DNA of 64,000 nucleotides, taken from NCBI RefSeq assembly GCF_037042905.1, contig NW_026974140.1:8308001-8372000 (forward strand), given 5' to 3'. Origin of the DNA: Lytechinus pictus. Taxonomy: Eukaryota. Below are positions 12,741 through 24,389 of the stretch, in pieces. The notes under the pieces were generated by a model. The model searched no databases and was not told the DNA's origin. It saw only the letters and a program-made list of their open reading frames with translations. How positions within the stretch are numbered: the stretch's first letter is position 1; the number at the start of each line of letters is the position of its first letter. The position numbers and the translations under genes were made by a program.

Positions 12741-14121
12741 TTAATGTTTTTAGAAGATAGACAGGGGGTGATAGAATCCCCCCCATTTATCCCTGCTCCC
12801 TCCCACTTTACCCCTGAAGCACCCCTTACTCTACAGAACAACTTGGGTCAAATACCCCTTTGCCCGACCCACACCCTCTTAGCATGAAAGCCATTTCCAT
12901 CATTGTAATGAATATATATATATATAGTAAAGCAACACTGTCAGCAAAACAAGATCATAAAACAATCCAACAACACCCCTGGGTGAAATCTCGAGTAGAT
13001 GTGAGCTTGTTATTAGTTTACGTTTTCCTTACTTTGTCTGGCCTTGCAACAAGGCTGGTGTCAAAACAATGTTTGATGCATGTAAACAAGTCTCTTGATT
13101 TGTGTTTTGTGAGTGCACATGATGTCATCTTGATGTGTCACATCTATTATTTAAGCGGGTTGGGTCTCTACGCGTCCTCCGACGATAACCTGGTTTTATC
13201 ATTTCGCAGTGCCTATATCAGCTAGTTATCTGGGAATCATGAATAGTTGATAAAGCCCACACCTCTCAACTTCAGTCACGACGTAACTTACGAATCAGCC
13301 TATACCGAGGCATAATTAAAAGATAATAAGAAATCTATGCAAACAGGAATGCAAACCTTTGATTTTCATGCTTAAGGAGATATGATTTTCAAATCCATTT
13401 TCCACTTGTTTTAATATGGGTTTAATGGAATTCAAGGTTGTCTTTTTCTTTGGGAATTGATGCTTAAGGTTTACAAGTGATCATTGAGAATATGGGCTCT
13501 ATGTGTTCAAACGCTTGATTGTGATTGCAAGGAGATTAATTGAAAAGCAAGCAACGCCTTGTGTGAAATCTATTCAGATAGCTTGCATTATCATGCATTT
13601 ATAGTATATAAAGCAAAAACGTCCAGTTTCAATTTACTTTGAATTGAATACTGTGCTTTATCAATATATGTAGAGATTTCAATACTTGATAGGATTATGA
13701 TTATTGTTTGTGTGGTGATTTCGTCGAAGGTTAGACTGATATCGTTTTTCATGCCTCTGAACCAGTTAATTGCTGGTTTTTAACCAATATTTTGTCATAC
13801 TTATTTGATTCTTTGTTTGTCTGCCGGAGATAAGATTTTTATTATATTGTTATATAAAAAACAGGATGAAATTAATATTCAAACAAAAGCTGCATTACAA
13901 ATTGCGTTTTTCATTTATCATTTCAAATGTTAAAACTCTAATTATGAAAATGTTTTTTCTTTTACTTGTTTTTTGAAGATGCTGTGTTGACAAGTACCTT
14001 TATCCTAGGCATTATGCATTAATTACAAAATGTCCCCAGTCAACCACTCCAATGATGTTGCCAAATTTTAGCGGAAGATCAATATCCTGAAAAAGCTATC
14101 TATAGAGGAAATTTAGTCTAT

Positions 14122-14710
14122 GAGGCTGTTCACACCGCAAGGGGGGACCGTGGGCGGACCGTGGATCGCGCTATCGTAGCGCGATCCACGGTCCGCCCAT
14201 TGGCATTCGCCGGATTCACACCGCAGTGAGATAGCGCGGTCTATCGTAGCACCCCCTTTTTTGAGAGGTCCTGTTGCCATGACGCGTGACGTCATGAGGT
14301 CAGAGCGGTCAAAGATTTCGCGCGCTATTACGAACCCGTACTAGTTAGTTGAGAGCTCGATATCGCTGTGCCTATTATGCTAGCCGGCCTACGTTTATTT
14401 CATGGCGTTGTATACATTGTGCATGTATTTCTAATAGAATGAGTATAAAATTCCCCGCATGTAGAACGAGGACTTCCGGCGTGCTATCGTAGCTCGGGTT
14501 CACACCGGCAGAGATAGCGCGATCTAGCGCGCGCTAGACCGCGCTATCTCTCGTGGACCACCCCCAAGAGGTGCTCCAGTGGCACGCCGTTTTGGCTCGC
14601 CGTGGCTCGCTGTTGGGCGGACCGAAACGACGTTGTACCTTCCACACCGCAGAGATAGCGCGATCTAGCGCGCGCTAGATCGCGCTATCTCTGCCGGTCT
14701 GAACAGGCTC
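14122..14710. mobile_element. GC-rich Harbinger-like MITE with internal palindromes
   Basis: TAT|gaggctgttcacaccg ... cggtctgaacaggctc|TAT; cacaccg motif repeated 4x; perfect 46-bp palindrome at 14649-14694. Confidence 0.88.
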
Positions 14711-15270
14711 TATAAGTATCGCATCAAGTTATTTCCTTTGATCAACATTGCAATGTAGACAGTAAATCCTCCATTTTAGTACTCTTCTGCAAGAAAACAC
14801 TTGTGAAAGGAGGAGAGCATTTCTTCATTTTTATGGACTGCTTGTCTGCGGCTGTAATGTTAGAGACACCCTCGAGGGCGGTGTTTGCGGTTATATCCAT
14901 GCTTGTAGATGTCTTTGCGGAGCGTCTGTCACCGATCTATGATTTATTACGAGGATCAAGTTTTGCCGCTTTTATCTGATGCTATGCATGGGACTACGCT
15001 ATGAGCACTAGTATCTTTCCTATATCCTGTTCCAGAATATCTGTTAAGAATAGATTTAAAAGGATCTCAGTAGCTGAGAAAAAAAATAAATGACTGGTAT
15101 TGGTTTCTGTATTGTGTATCTTTCATTCAGCTACATTGAAAGGTTCATCATGTGACATGATTAAAAATTAGATTCCTAGGGACCAGATTGAGTTATTGTT
15201 GATGAGCTAGCTCAGTGTGTGATGACTCCACCGTTTGTTGTCATGAACTTGAAGTTCAGCGGGTATTGTG

Positions 15271-15616
15271 GAGGTGTCGTGTAGTGGTTAAGTCACTTGA
15301 CTCTTAAACAAAGGGTCGAGGGTTCAAATCCCACATGGCGCTAGTGTCCTTTGGCAAGGCACTTATCAACGTTTGTCACTCTCCACCCAGGTGTTAAATG
15401 GGTGCCCGGTAGGATGTGAATGTCAATGTGATTAGATTGGCATGTGTGCACCGATAAGTGGTTGCCTGGCCAGGATATTCCCCAGGGAGTGGAGATGGTG
15501 CACCTTATGTGTGGAAAAGTGATTGATCCTATGACGGGGGTAATAATGCTTACAATGTAAAAGGCTTAGAAACTAACGTGTGAAGTGCCATATAAATGTA
15601 ACTATTATTATCATTA
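15271..15616 (+). mobile_element. tRNA-derived SINE, family B, full length
   Basis: A box gtgtagtggtta, B box gggttcaaatccc, CORE-like gtgtcctttggcaaggcactt...ctccacccaggtgttaaatggg, tatta tail. Confidence 0.9.
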
Positions 15617-15967
15617 TGTAAAATAGAATTTAGAAATGTAAATATTCCACAGATTAATTATAAGCCAGTACTTTTCATAGTAACCAGAATGACATTAAAT
15701 GTAGATTAATTAGAAAAATAAACTTATCTGAAAATTAAAAGTGTATTTGCACTCACCAATATGCATTGCGATTGAAATGTTTTGAGTTTATTTAGACTTT
15801 TCATGTAATATGATTATAAAAAATAGAATTCAGTCAGTTAAAAATGAGTGAGTTCTATTGAGAAACTTTGCCATTCTGCTGAATAAAAATATGTATCTGG
15901 AAATCATTAGGCCTACATAGGCAAAATAGTGATTTTTACTGACTATTTGTAACAAGCTACATAATTT

Positions 15968-16087
15968 TTTGCATCTTATTTGGTTATAGTAGTGAATTTG
16001 TCAGCATATATATTTCACTGGCAAGATTTCTTGCATCTTATTTGGTTATAGTGAATTTGTCAGTACATATCAGACACTGGCAAGATG
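15968..16087. repeat. ~60-bp tandem duplication
   Basis: ttgcatcttatttggttatagt...gaatttgtcag...cactggcaagat occurs twice. Confidence 0.85.
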
Positions 16088-17897
16088 CTTCTTAAGATAC
16101 TCCATCGGTGTACTGCAAAGGCTTTGATTTGAGAGGTTCTTGACCTTAACAACAGGATGCGGATGAGTCTGAGAGAAGAAATCAAATTATTTTGCATTTG
16201 GTTATCTGCCACATAATATGCATTAAGAGGAAGGGTTTCTTTGGGGCTTCTCTGTAAGTTAGTAAGTTTGGGAAAGAGAATATGGTTTTGTATGACATTA
16301 TCTGCCATTAATGCAATTCTACTAGGCGGGAACATGTGATTTATAAAGTTATAGATCAAGAGAAAGAAGAAACTCAAGATTTGTTGCTATGCAAGTGTTT
16401 TCAGAAACTACAAAGAAGCAGAGATCTTATAAATATCTCTTGTGTAATCATTGACGTACCCTGCTGCAATCACCACCCTGCCGAACAATTTTACAACGGG
16501 GGTGGGCAAGGTAACGGGCAAAACGATAGAGGGGAAAAAAATTGTGAGGGATGCTGGGAGGCAATTAGGAGAGTAAGCCGTAAATCAGGACATTACCCGG
16601 CACGCTATTACTACAATGAGCATGGCCAGCGCTGTTATTCTAGATTCAGACGTGATCTATGGTCGGGGGTCTGTGAGGCGCCCGTCTGACGTGTTCATGT
16701 TCCACAAGAAACGGTGCAAGAGCATTGGGGGATCCGTCGCCTCCAGCGCTGCATCGTAACATTGGTCATTAAACCGTGGATGATCATGGTGCGCTCAGGT
16801 CCTCGCTCTGACCTGACTTGCATCTTTTTTGTGAATCCTACAAAAGGGTGATAGGGGGTCCCTTCATATGATACTTAATATTAATAATCATATTGCCTTG
16901 CAAACTGGTAATACCAATATTCCTCACTAGACATTGGTGAAAGATATTGAGGGTCTTGTTAACAAGACAATTCACTGCCATGTAGTTACATTGCCAGGGG
17001 ATGAATGCATGGGATATTTCCCAGTGGTACTCAAAGTGTTAAGAAGAATATACATGTGAAGTGGCTCATTCCTGGAGTAGGTGTGGATGTTCATATTTGA
17101 ACTTCAACTTTGGTTAATTGGGGTTGTTAAAAAAAAACTTTTTCTCATGTATACAGAATTTTATCCATATTCTCATCCCCTTTTGTTCTTCATCTTGATT
17201 GTCCCTCTTTCATCTTTTTCCTCATCCATTCTTTTTATCTATGTATCTGTTTAATTCTTGGTCCGTCTCCCCCTCTCTTTCTCTCTCTCCATTACTCTGT
17301 AGGCCTACTGTGTCTCTTACACAATTATACAATACATACTTATTGAAAGTGATTTTTCTCATCATACCAATTATTCACTGTGTCACCTTGATTATGAAAT
17401 CACTGATTTCCCCGACTGTATTGGATCTGAAGGCTTTCTCCGTATCATTATTACAAAATTATGAATTTAGTTACTAAACAATGTACATCATAAATATAGT
17501 TTTCTTACAATTTGAAGATGACTGACTACAGTTCTTCCAATATTTCATGTCTCATCTGGTTCCAGCTTAATTGAGAGTTGATTAGATATTGCTAGAAATA
17601 TATAGCAGGTGCCAAGTGATGAGAACAGTATTCATATCTTGGTTGGCGATTAAATTAGAAATTCAACTTTACCTGTTGTATGCAGTTATAGGTTTGTTCA
17701 ATGTGATATGGATTGAAAATTTTTCTTCATCAGTAATTGATTTTTGGAACTAAAAAGTTGTATTCCTACCCTTTCTCAATTCACGTTTCTGGAGACCAGC
17801 ATTGAGAAAAAAGTCATTTAAATTCTGTTTCGATGCTGAAATGTCTCATGTCCGTTATTAGATGAGTAATTACTGTCTGCATGCAGTAGACCATTAA

Positions 17898-18605
17898 AGG
17901 GGTACTTCGGGCTGAAAATAATTATATCTTCATAACAGATTACAATGTTATTGAATTTTAAAGTTTAGCAATATTTTGTGAAAACAGTTATATGCACATC
18001 ATCATGAATATTCATTAGGTGGACAGATGATGTCATATCACCTCTCAATTTTTGTCAATGTTGCTATATGAAATCATTAAAAATTACATATTTTCATAGA
18101 TATGTATATGACAGGTGCGTATTCAGCCGGATTAGAAACAATACCGTTTTAGGGGCCGTATTGTTTTTGCACAAAAAGTGAGCCTCTCAAAACTATTACA
18201 TGTTTAATCTAGCTAGGTCTGTGCCTGGTATATTATATGTCTTCCTTGTTACAAAATAAGTTGCATCTATGATTATCTCTAACATTAAATCAGTTTTCAG
18301 TTCAATCTATCATCTTACATGTAGGTGAACAGACTTTGAATTAATATGATCTCATATGATAAAATATATTAAGTAAAAAGAGCTCTGAACAAGCACAGCT
18401 GAATATATTCATATAAAAGCTGTGCTATACAAATTAATGTTTATTATTATTGTTATTATTATTGTTATACAAATGAATGGGTGGGGATATGATACTATCA
18501 GCTCGCTCATTGTTTATTGAAGAAGAAATGCAGAGAAAAGTTTTACCAAAATAATGCTAAACTTTAAAATGTCATAACTTTGGATGAAATTTTTCGTGTT
18601 TCACT
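17898..18605. mobile_element. Degraded, interrupted Kolobok-like MITE
   Basis: TTAA|aggggtac start; segments colinear with 30335-30910 (aaaacagtt..tatgcac, gatgatgtc, aaaatgtcataacttt); unrelated insert from ~18111. Confidence 0.6.
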
Positions 18606-19014
18606 TAGGGGTTACCACAGAGTATATGTAGGTCCTCATACTCTGATCTGAGATTTATTTTACTGAGTTTTATTTTACCACCCACCAATGTGGGTGCCAA
18701 TGTCTTGCTTACAAGATGGAACGATCAGACGATAAAGATGACATTAAAGTGTCTGTTATAATCTCCTCTTTCTTGTAAATGCCTTGCACGTACATTGGAC
18801 CATGCGGGAGTCATTCTGTGTTAAAGTGTGAGTGCACGAGGGAACCTAACATCTTGGAATTACTCTTCAGAGAAAACTACCTTGAGTGGATCGAATTAAG
18901 GATCCATGTTTTATTGCCAAGAGGGAGACTCTCCAAAATACATAATGAGTAGGAAAAAGATTTTTGGAGTTTGGTTTATGGAAAGTAAGGTTGTACATGA
19001 CAAAGGTGGCAATT

Positions 19015-19210
19015 TGGAGGAGGGATGGAGGAGAAGAGGTGAGAGGGGATGGGTAAGGAGGGGCATAGGGAGGAGGAGGGGGAGGGTGAGAGTTGATGGG
19101 GTAGGGGGAGAGGGGATTGGGAAGAGGAGATGAAGAGGGGAATGGGTAAGGGGGATTGGGAGAGGAGATGGGAGAGGGGATAGTGGAGGGGTCATTAGGG
19201 GAAGGGGTAA
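19015..19210 (+). repeat. Polypurine G-rich tract
   Basis: Many GGG/GGGG runs in GA-rich sequence. Confidence 0.85.
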
Positions 19211-20252
19211 GATGTCGCACCCTGGAATTTCGTACAGCAGCCTTAATCTTCTTCCCGTACATGTAACCTTTTTTCTCGATCTTTGCAAGTGCCTTTTGTC
19301 TTGGACTTCATGTTAAACAAAATTTCTGCCCTGTCATTTCATGGGTCAGTTGTTCCCACCTTTCAAAAATGCTGTTGAACCGTTGAATAGGCATTTGCAT
19401 ATCTCCATATATCCATTTGTCTTCTACATTTTCACTGGAATGCTTGAAGAAATGCTTGGGAAAGCTTTCACAGTATCGGTTTTCCTGTGTTGCTGATGTT
19501 ATCATGGTGGGGTGGGACAATTCAGTGGAAGGAGCCCGAAATGCACCTTGCGGTAGTTAGATGTTGAATGTACGTCTATAGGCTTCTTTTAGAGAGAGAG
19601 AGAAAGACGGAGAGAGAAAAGGTGTCAGATGGAAGAGATCGGGAGAAGAGAAGCAGGAATGAAGTGAAGTTATGAAGACAAAAATAAAGGGAAGAGGGAA
19701 AGAGAAAGAGACTGACAGCATATCAACCAATCAGATGCAGTGGTTTCCATTAACTTGTGAAATTCACAGACTCTTTGCTGCTTGAAACATTCCTCAGAAC
19801 TGTATTAAGAATCACTGAAATCTAAAGTCAATTGAGCTTCATTAGCATTGGTTGGCTAGCTAAGAATTATTGCATTCTGTTAGATCGTCCTGAAAAAGCA
19901 AATGTTGGATAGTCTTTTGGATAATAGTTCTTCTTAGAACTGGTTGTCTCAACATTTTATGCAAGTGACCTCTGCTTTTTTGTCTTCGTTGACACCGGAC
20001 AAAGAGCAGAGTTCCCATGTTAGAAATGGTGAGGCCACCAGCTCTTCTGAGAACTGTTATCCACAAGATTATCCAACAATTCAATCCAGGACTATCTGAC
20101 ATGGTGAAGCTGAAAACCTTGTCATATAAGTCTCACTGCCATGCAGACCTTCAATGCTCACATTATATGCATACATTCATCAGGGCTTGTGCACATAGCA
20201 ATATAATCTACAGCCAGCTGATGATAATTTCCAACTTTCTTTTCTTTTTCAG

Positions 20253-20511
20253 CTTCAACACCATCGACCCCGTCCAGTGCTACTGGCTTCCGGAGTCTTA
20301 TTACCAGGAGGCAGAGGATTTCTACCTTTCAAGACAAGACATCACCAGGGATACGGATAACGGCATGTACCCGTCTTCATCGGAATCAGACTCCAGCAGC
20401 GACATAGGAGGGAAAGACAAGAAGAAGAGGAAGGACCGAAGAGGAGAGTCGGACGTGTCCTCTTCATCGAGTAGTTTCCAACCAAGTGCTTTTGGATTCT
20501 TTGAGGATTAG
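20253..20511 (+). CDS. Terminal coding exon of an unidentified gene (FNTIDPVQCYWLPESYYQEAEDFYLSRQ...SAFGFFED*)
   Basis: Strong acceptor ctttcttttctttttcag; phase-2 start; GC3-rich codons (ttc aac acc atc gac ccc gtc cag tgc tac tgg); Ser/acidic tail with a KKKRK basic patch; TAG stop followed by UTR-like sequence and AATAAA. Confidence 0.8.
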
Positions 20512-20711
20512 CTGCCATGAGGGGCTAAAACATTGCCATGTTTTGTAATTAATGCAACCCAATTTTTCTTAGTAGGATCATCTTATTTGAGTCAGTGACG
20601 GCTTCCTAGGGCACAAATGCTTCTGTTTCTTCTATCGAAAATTTTCTAAACTCAGTTTTGTAAGGGATAGGAAAAGCACATGATGAAGTGCTTCTTAGTG
20701 GCACTTTTCCA

Positions 20712-20860
20712 GGGGTCCTTTTCCTAAAGACTTGTTACAGTAAGAAATGCACAGTTTCTGTAACAAGTTTGCTATCAGTCAATCATGTGGAATGATTTCA
20801 GTAGCCTTTAACTGTTATTGTAAATGTTCTATTAAAACAAGTTTTATGAAACGGAGCCCC
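20712..20860. mobile_element. Short MITE in the putative 3' UTR
   Basis: ggggtccttttcctaaagacttgtt ... aacaagttttatgaaacggagcccc. Confidence 0.7.
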
Positions 20861-21661
20861 TGATAGTATGACTCCATACTGAACTGTCTTATGCTCTCTG
20901 TTAAGCACACTAAGGACTTCATCCTTCTGGTTTAGGGACTATCTTGGTATGGTCCTTTTTACAACAGAGATGCTTTGCTTTCCTTGAGAATACAATATGT
21001 TTGATAAAGAAAGCTTTTCTTGACAGACAGGATTCATGGAGGCAGAGGGAAAGTCCCACTCAATAGAGTTAACATTTGTAATAATAGTAGTTTTGAGTTA
21101 TCTGTGCCATGGAGGTAAGAAGCAAATTGGGTATCACTGTAAGACTAGGTATAATTGATATGGGGGTGCAGGTGGAACACGAGACTGGGATTTCCCTCCT
21201 AAACTTCAGTGAAAACAACCTGCTTCTGAAAACATCATCCCCAGGGATGCCATTAATAAGAATTGGTAGTTAATTTAGCCTGCCATACTTAAATGCAGTT
21301 TTATAAATCTCTTTATTTGTGAAATATTCCCACTTACTATGTCTTTTCTTTCTTTAAAAAAAGGTTGGGAGGGATTGTCATCCAAGATTGAAAATGCTGT
21401 ATGTCATTGTGATGCATTATGGGTAAATGATCAAGACCAGATTTGAATCCAGGCATATGCTATACAAGGATGTTATGGTATTGTCTCCTTGTTATATGCT
21501 TTCAAACTTGTCTCCTTTGTAAAGATTTGAATATGAAAAGCCAAAAAGAATCATATCGGAAAATGACGATTTGTATATAATTATGTATTCAAGTATGACT
21601 GCTGTTGTGATGTTGCTGTTGGCTTTCTCAGAATTTTCCATACACATTACTTAATGTACAA

Positions 21662-21667
21662 AATAAA
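21662..21667 (+). terminator. Candidate polyadenylation signal
   Basis: AATAAA ~1.15 kb after the stop, followed by U/GU-rich ttttattgttctgcgtgtt; alternatives at 21748 and 21998. Confidence 0.5.
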
Positions 21668-22494
21668 AATATTTTTATTGTTCTGCGTGTTACAAGTGAA
21701 AACAATTTTGTGTCCAAACATGGAATTTCAGTCAGTGACATAAAGAAAATAAATGTATATTTAACATGCCATAATGCTTTCACTTAAAATATGGAATGAA
21801 ATTGAATAATATTTTGCTCTTCCTTTTTTGCCTTCTATATTATTATCTTAGCTTATGTATGTCTTGTGTGTGATCTTATTCCTAAAGGTTTACTTTTTCA
21901 TAACATATATTTATATATAGTATTTTCATGACTGGGTGTAAGATATGTAAAAAACATAATTGAGGTTCAGGATTGGAGGGAGAGAGCGAAAGTAAAGAAT
22001 AAAACTTTCTACTATCTGTCTTTCATTGCAAATAATAAGAAAGTGTTTACATTATTTTGTGTACCAGAATTTAACATTCAAGGTGTATTATGCCAGCAGC
22101 TTTTTGAGTAAGAGGATATATTCCGTCCAGATGATTACCTACTTTTTTTCCTGACGTAGTGTGCAATTTAATTGTTTAATGTCACTGAGACACGATGTCT
22201 TTGATAATCGGATATTCTGTGTGGTTTTGAGAAGAAAAAAACAATGTAGAGCATTTATGCATTAATATTATAAGCTGGTACTTCTCTTTAAGTTCAGGGG
22301 TGTGTTTCACAAACTTTGCTGTCAGTAAACATTACAAATTACTCAGCGAATCAGAAGCAAGTATTTTGGTAGCTTATAACAGATATCAGTCACACTTTCC
22401 TTTTTACATTCCATACAGACAATGTACCTGATTATTAGAATCAAGCACTAAAGCAAGTTTTCTTGAAATTTGCTGAAGAAATAGAACTATCGGA

Positions 22495-22795
22495 ATGATG
22501 TCTCTAAGCACTTTACAGATATATTATTACCCCGGTCATCGGATCCTTGCATGCCCGCATACAATGTATGCACCTTCTCCACTCCCTGGGGAGCATTCCA
22601 ACACGAGTTCCAATACTCAATTGCTAGGCATACTACAAAGGCTTTCGCATCCTACCGGGTACCCATTTAACACCTGGGTGGAGAGTGGCAAATTGTGGAT
22701 TGACACCTTTCCAAAGGACGCTAGGCCATGGTGGGATTCGAACACACAACCCTCTGATTACAAGTTGAGAGTCAGAACCGCTACACCAAGGCGCT
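22495..22795 (-). mobile_element. tRNA-derived SINE, family B
   Basis: Reverse complement matches the 15271 copy; B box gttcgaatccc. Confidence 0.9.
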
Positions 22796-23269
22796 TGCAT
22801 AATATAATTGCATAACATTGTGAGAGTTGTGATTAAGAATTGAAGACTCTGTGTAAATTTTTGATAACAAGTTGATATCTTATTTTTCTCATGAATTGCT
22901 AAGTGACCAAATATTCTGGTTATACAGTACAGCACATGGCTCGAATCCTAATTCATTGTTCAGTATCATTTTCCCCCTTTTCATTCAAATAAAATTGATA
23001 TCAGGTTTGAGTTCTGCAAAAATAAATTGCATGTATTAAATTATTGTTTCAAGATTACATTATTACATGGAAATTGATTAAAACTGTGGGTGGTAAAGTA
23101 GCAAATTTCAAAATATCTTCAAACTTTATTCATTCATTTCTTGTACTCTGAATCAGTGGGATGAAAGTGATTAAAAAAAATTAGCCCTTTTTTAAAGCTT
23201 TGTACATACCTTAACAAAATCATGCCAACAAAAGGTTAAAGTTTTTCATTCCTTAGTAGCTTACACATA

Positions 23270-23713
23270 TTTTGGGGTTTTCTTTTATTTTTTTACAGGA
23301 AATCCGCAAATGAAACAGTCTACTGACTGTATTTCTGGTTGCTGGCATTAAGTCTTTTATTTTGTATTCGTTTATGCAATAAAAGCTCACTATGAACATA
23401 GATTTGATATCGTTTCTGTATGAATAAATTAATAATGCAAATAAATAATACATTGCTCTCATTTTTAGTTTTTCCTTCATTGTAAACAAGTTTTGGGGGT
23501 TTTCTTTTATTTTTTTACAGGAAATCCGCAAATGAAACAGTCTACTGACTGTATTTCTGGTTGCTGGCATTAAGTCTTTTATTCTGTATTCGTTTATGCA
23601 ATAAAAGCTCACTATGAACATAAATTTGATATCGTTTCTGTATGAATAAATTAATAATGCAAATAAATATTACATTGCTCTCATTTTTAGTTTTCCTTCA
23701 TTGTAAACAAGTT
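23270..23713. repeat. Near-perfect 222-bp tandem duplication
   Basis: ttttacaggaaatccgcaaatg with its AG at 23297-98 and 23519-20; units almost identical. Confidence 0.95.
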
Positions 23714-24389
23714 GAGCATTGATTTGTAAGTCAGTGTCGAGTGGAAAATTGTTGGAAGTGTTATTGGGAAATGAATAAATTCTTGTCATTGGGCATTTAA
23801 AAGGGTGTGTGTGTGTGTGGGGTGTGTCAGGGTGTTTGAGGGTGTATTTCGAGTTTGGCATTAAAGTGTGGGTGTGTGTGTGTGGTAGATCGACGAGTTG
23901 ACTCCCTTCCCCCTCAGTCTTAATTCCTCCTGTCTTCTGTCCACTCTTCTTTACTAATGCCATTGTGTCGATCAGCATCAAATTGATCATAAAACATGAA
24001 ACCTAATATCAGTTATACTTTTTTGAACATTGATTGCCAGCCATCACTGTCAAAGTTCAATTTGATTATCAAAGTAAGATGAATACATGTTACCATTTGT
24101 ATAAACATATATCATTCTCTAAGCTTTGTAAGATTTTAGCACATCTTCCGTTTTACCTCGGCAATTTTATTAGATATAAGATCTATATGTAGGCTTATCT
24201 TATTCGACCTAGACCCTATTGCTTTTTTTTTAAGTTTGCTGCCTTTCCGATTAAAGAAAACATTCCTTCAGTACATACAAATAAGGAAGAACAGGATCAA
24301 CATCTTCCACATCTCTCTTTCTCACGTTTTATTTCCTTTAATCTCAATGTTCATCCCAGCTAGTGTTAAACACATAAAATCGCGATGGA

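Noticed and set aside
16336-16689. 117-aa ORF
   Set aside because: GTG start, no splice signals, no recognisable domain; better read as a non-coding island
18867-19288. Pro-rich minus-strand ORFs
   Set aside because: Translation of a G-rich low-complexity tract
20017-20252. 5' part of the 164-aa ORF
   Set aside because: Reads through a polypyrimidine tract; coding bias starts only after the AG at 20252
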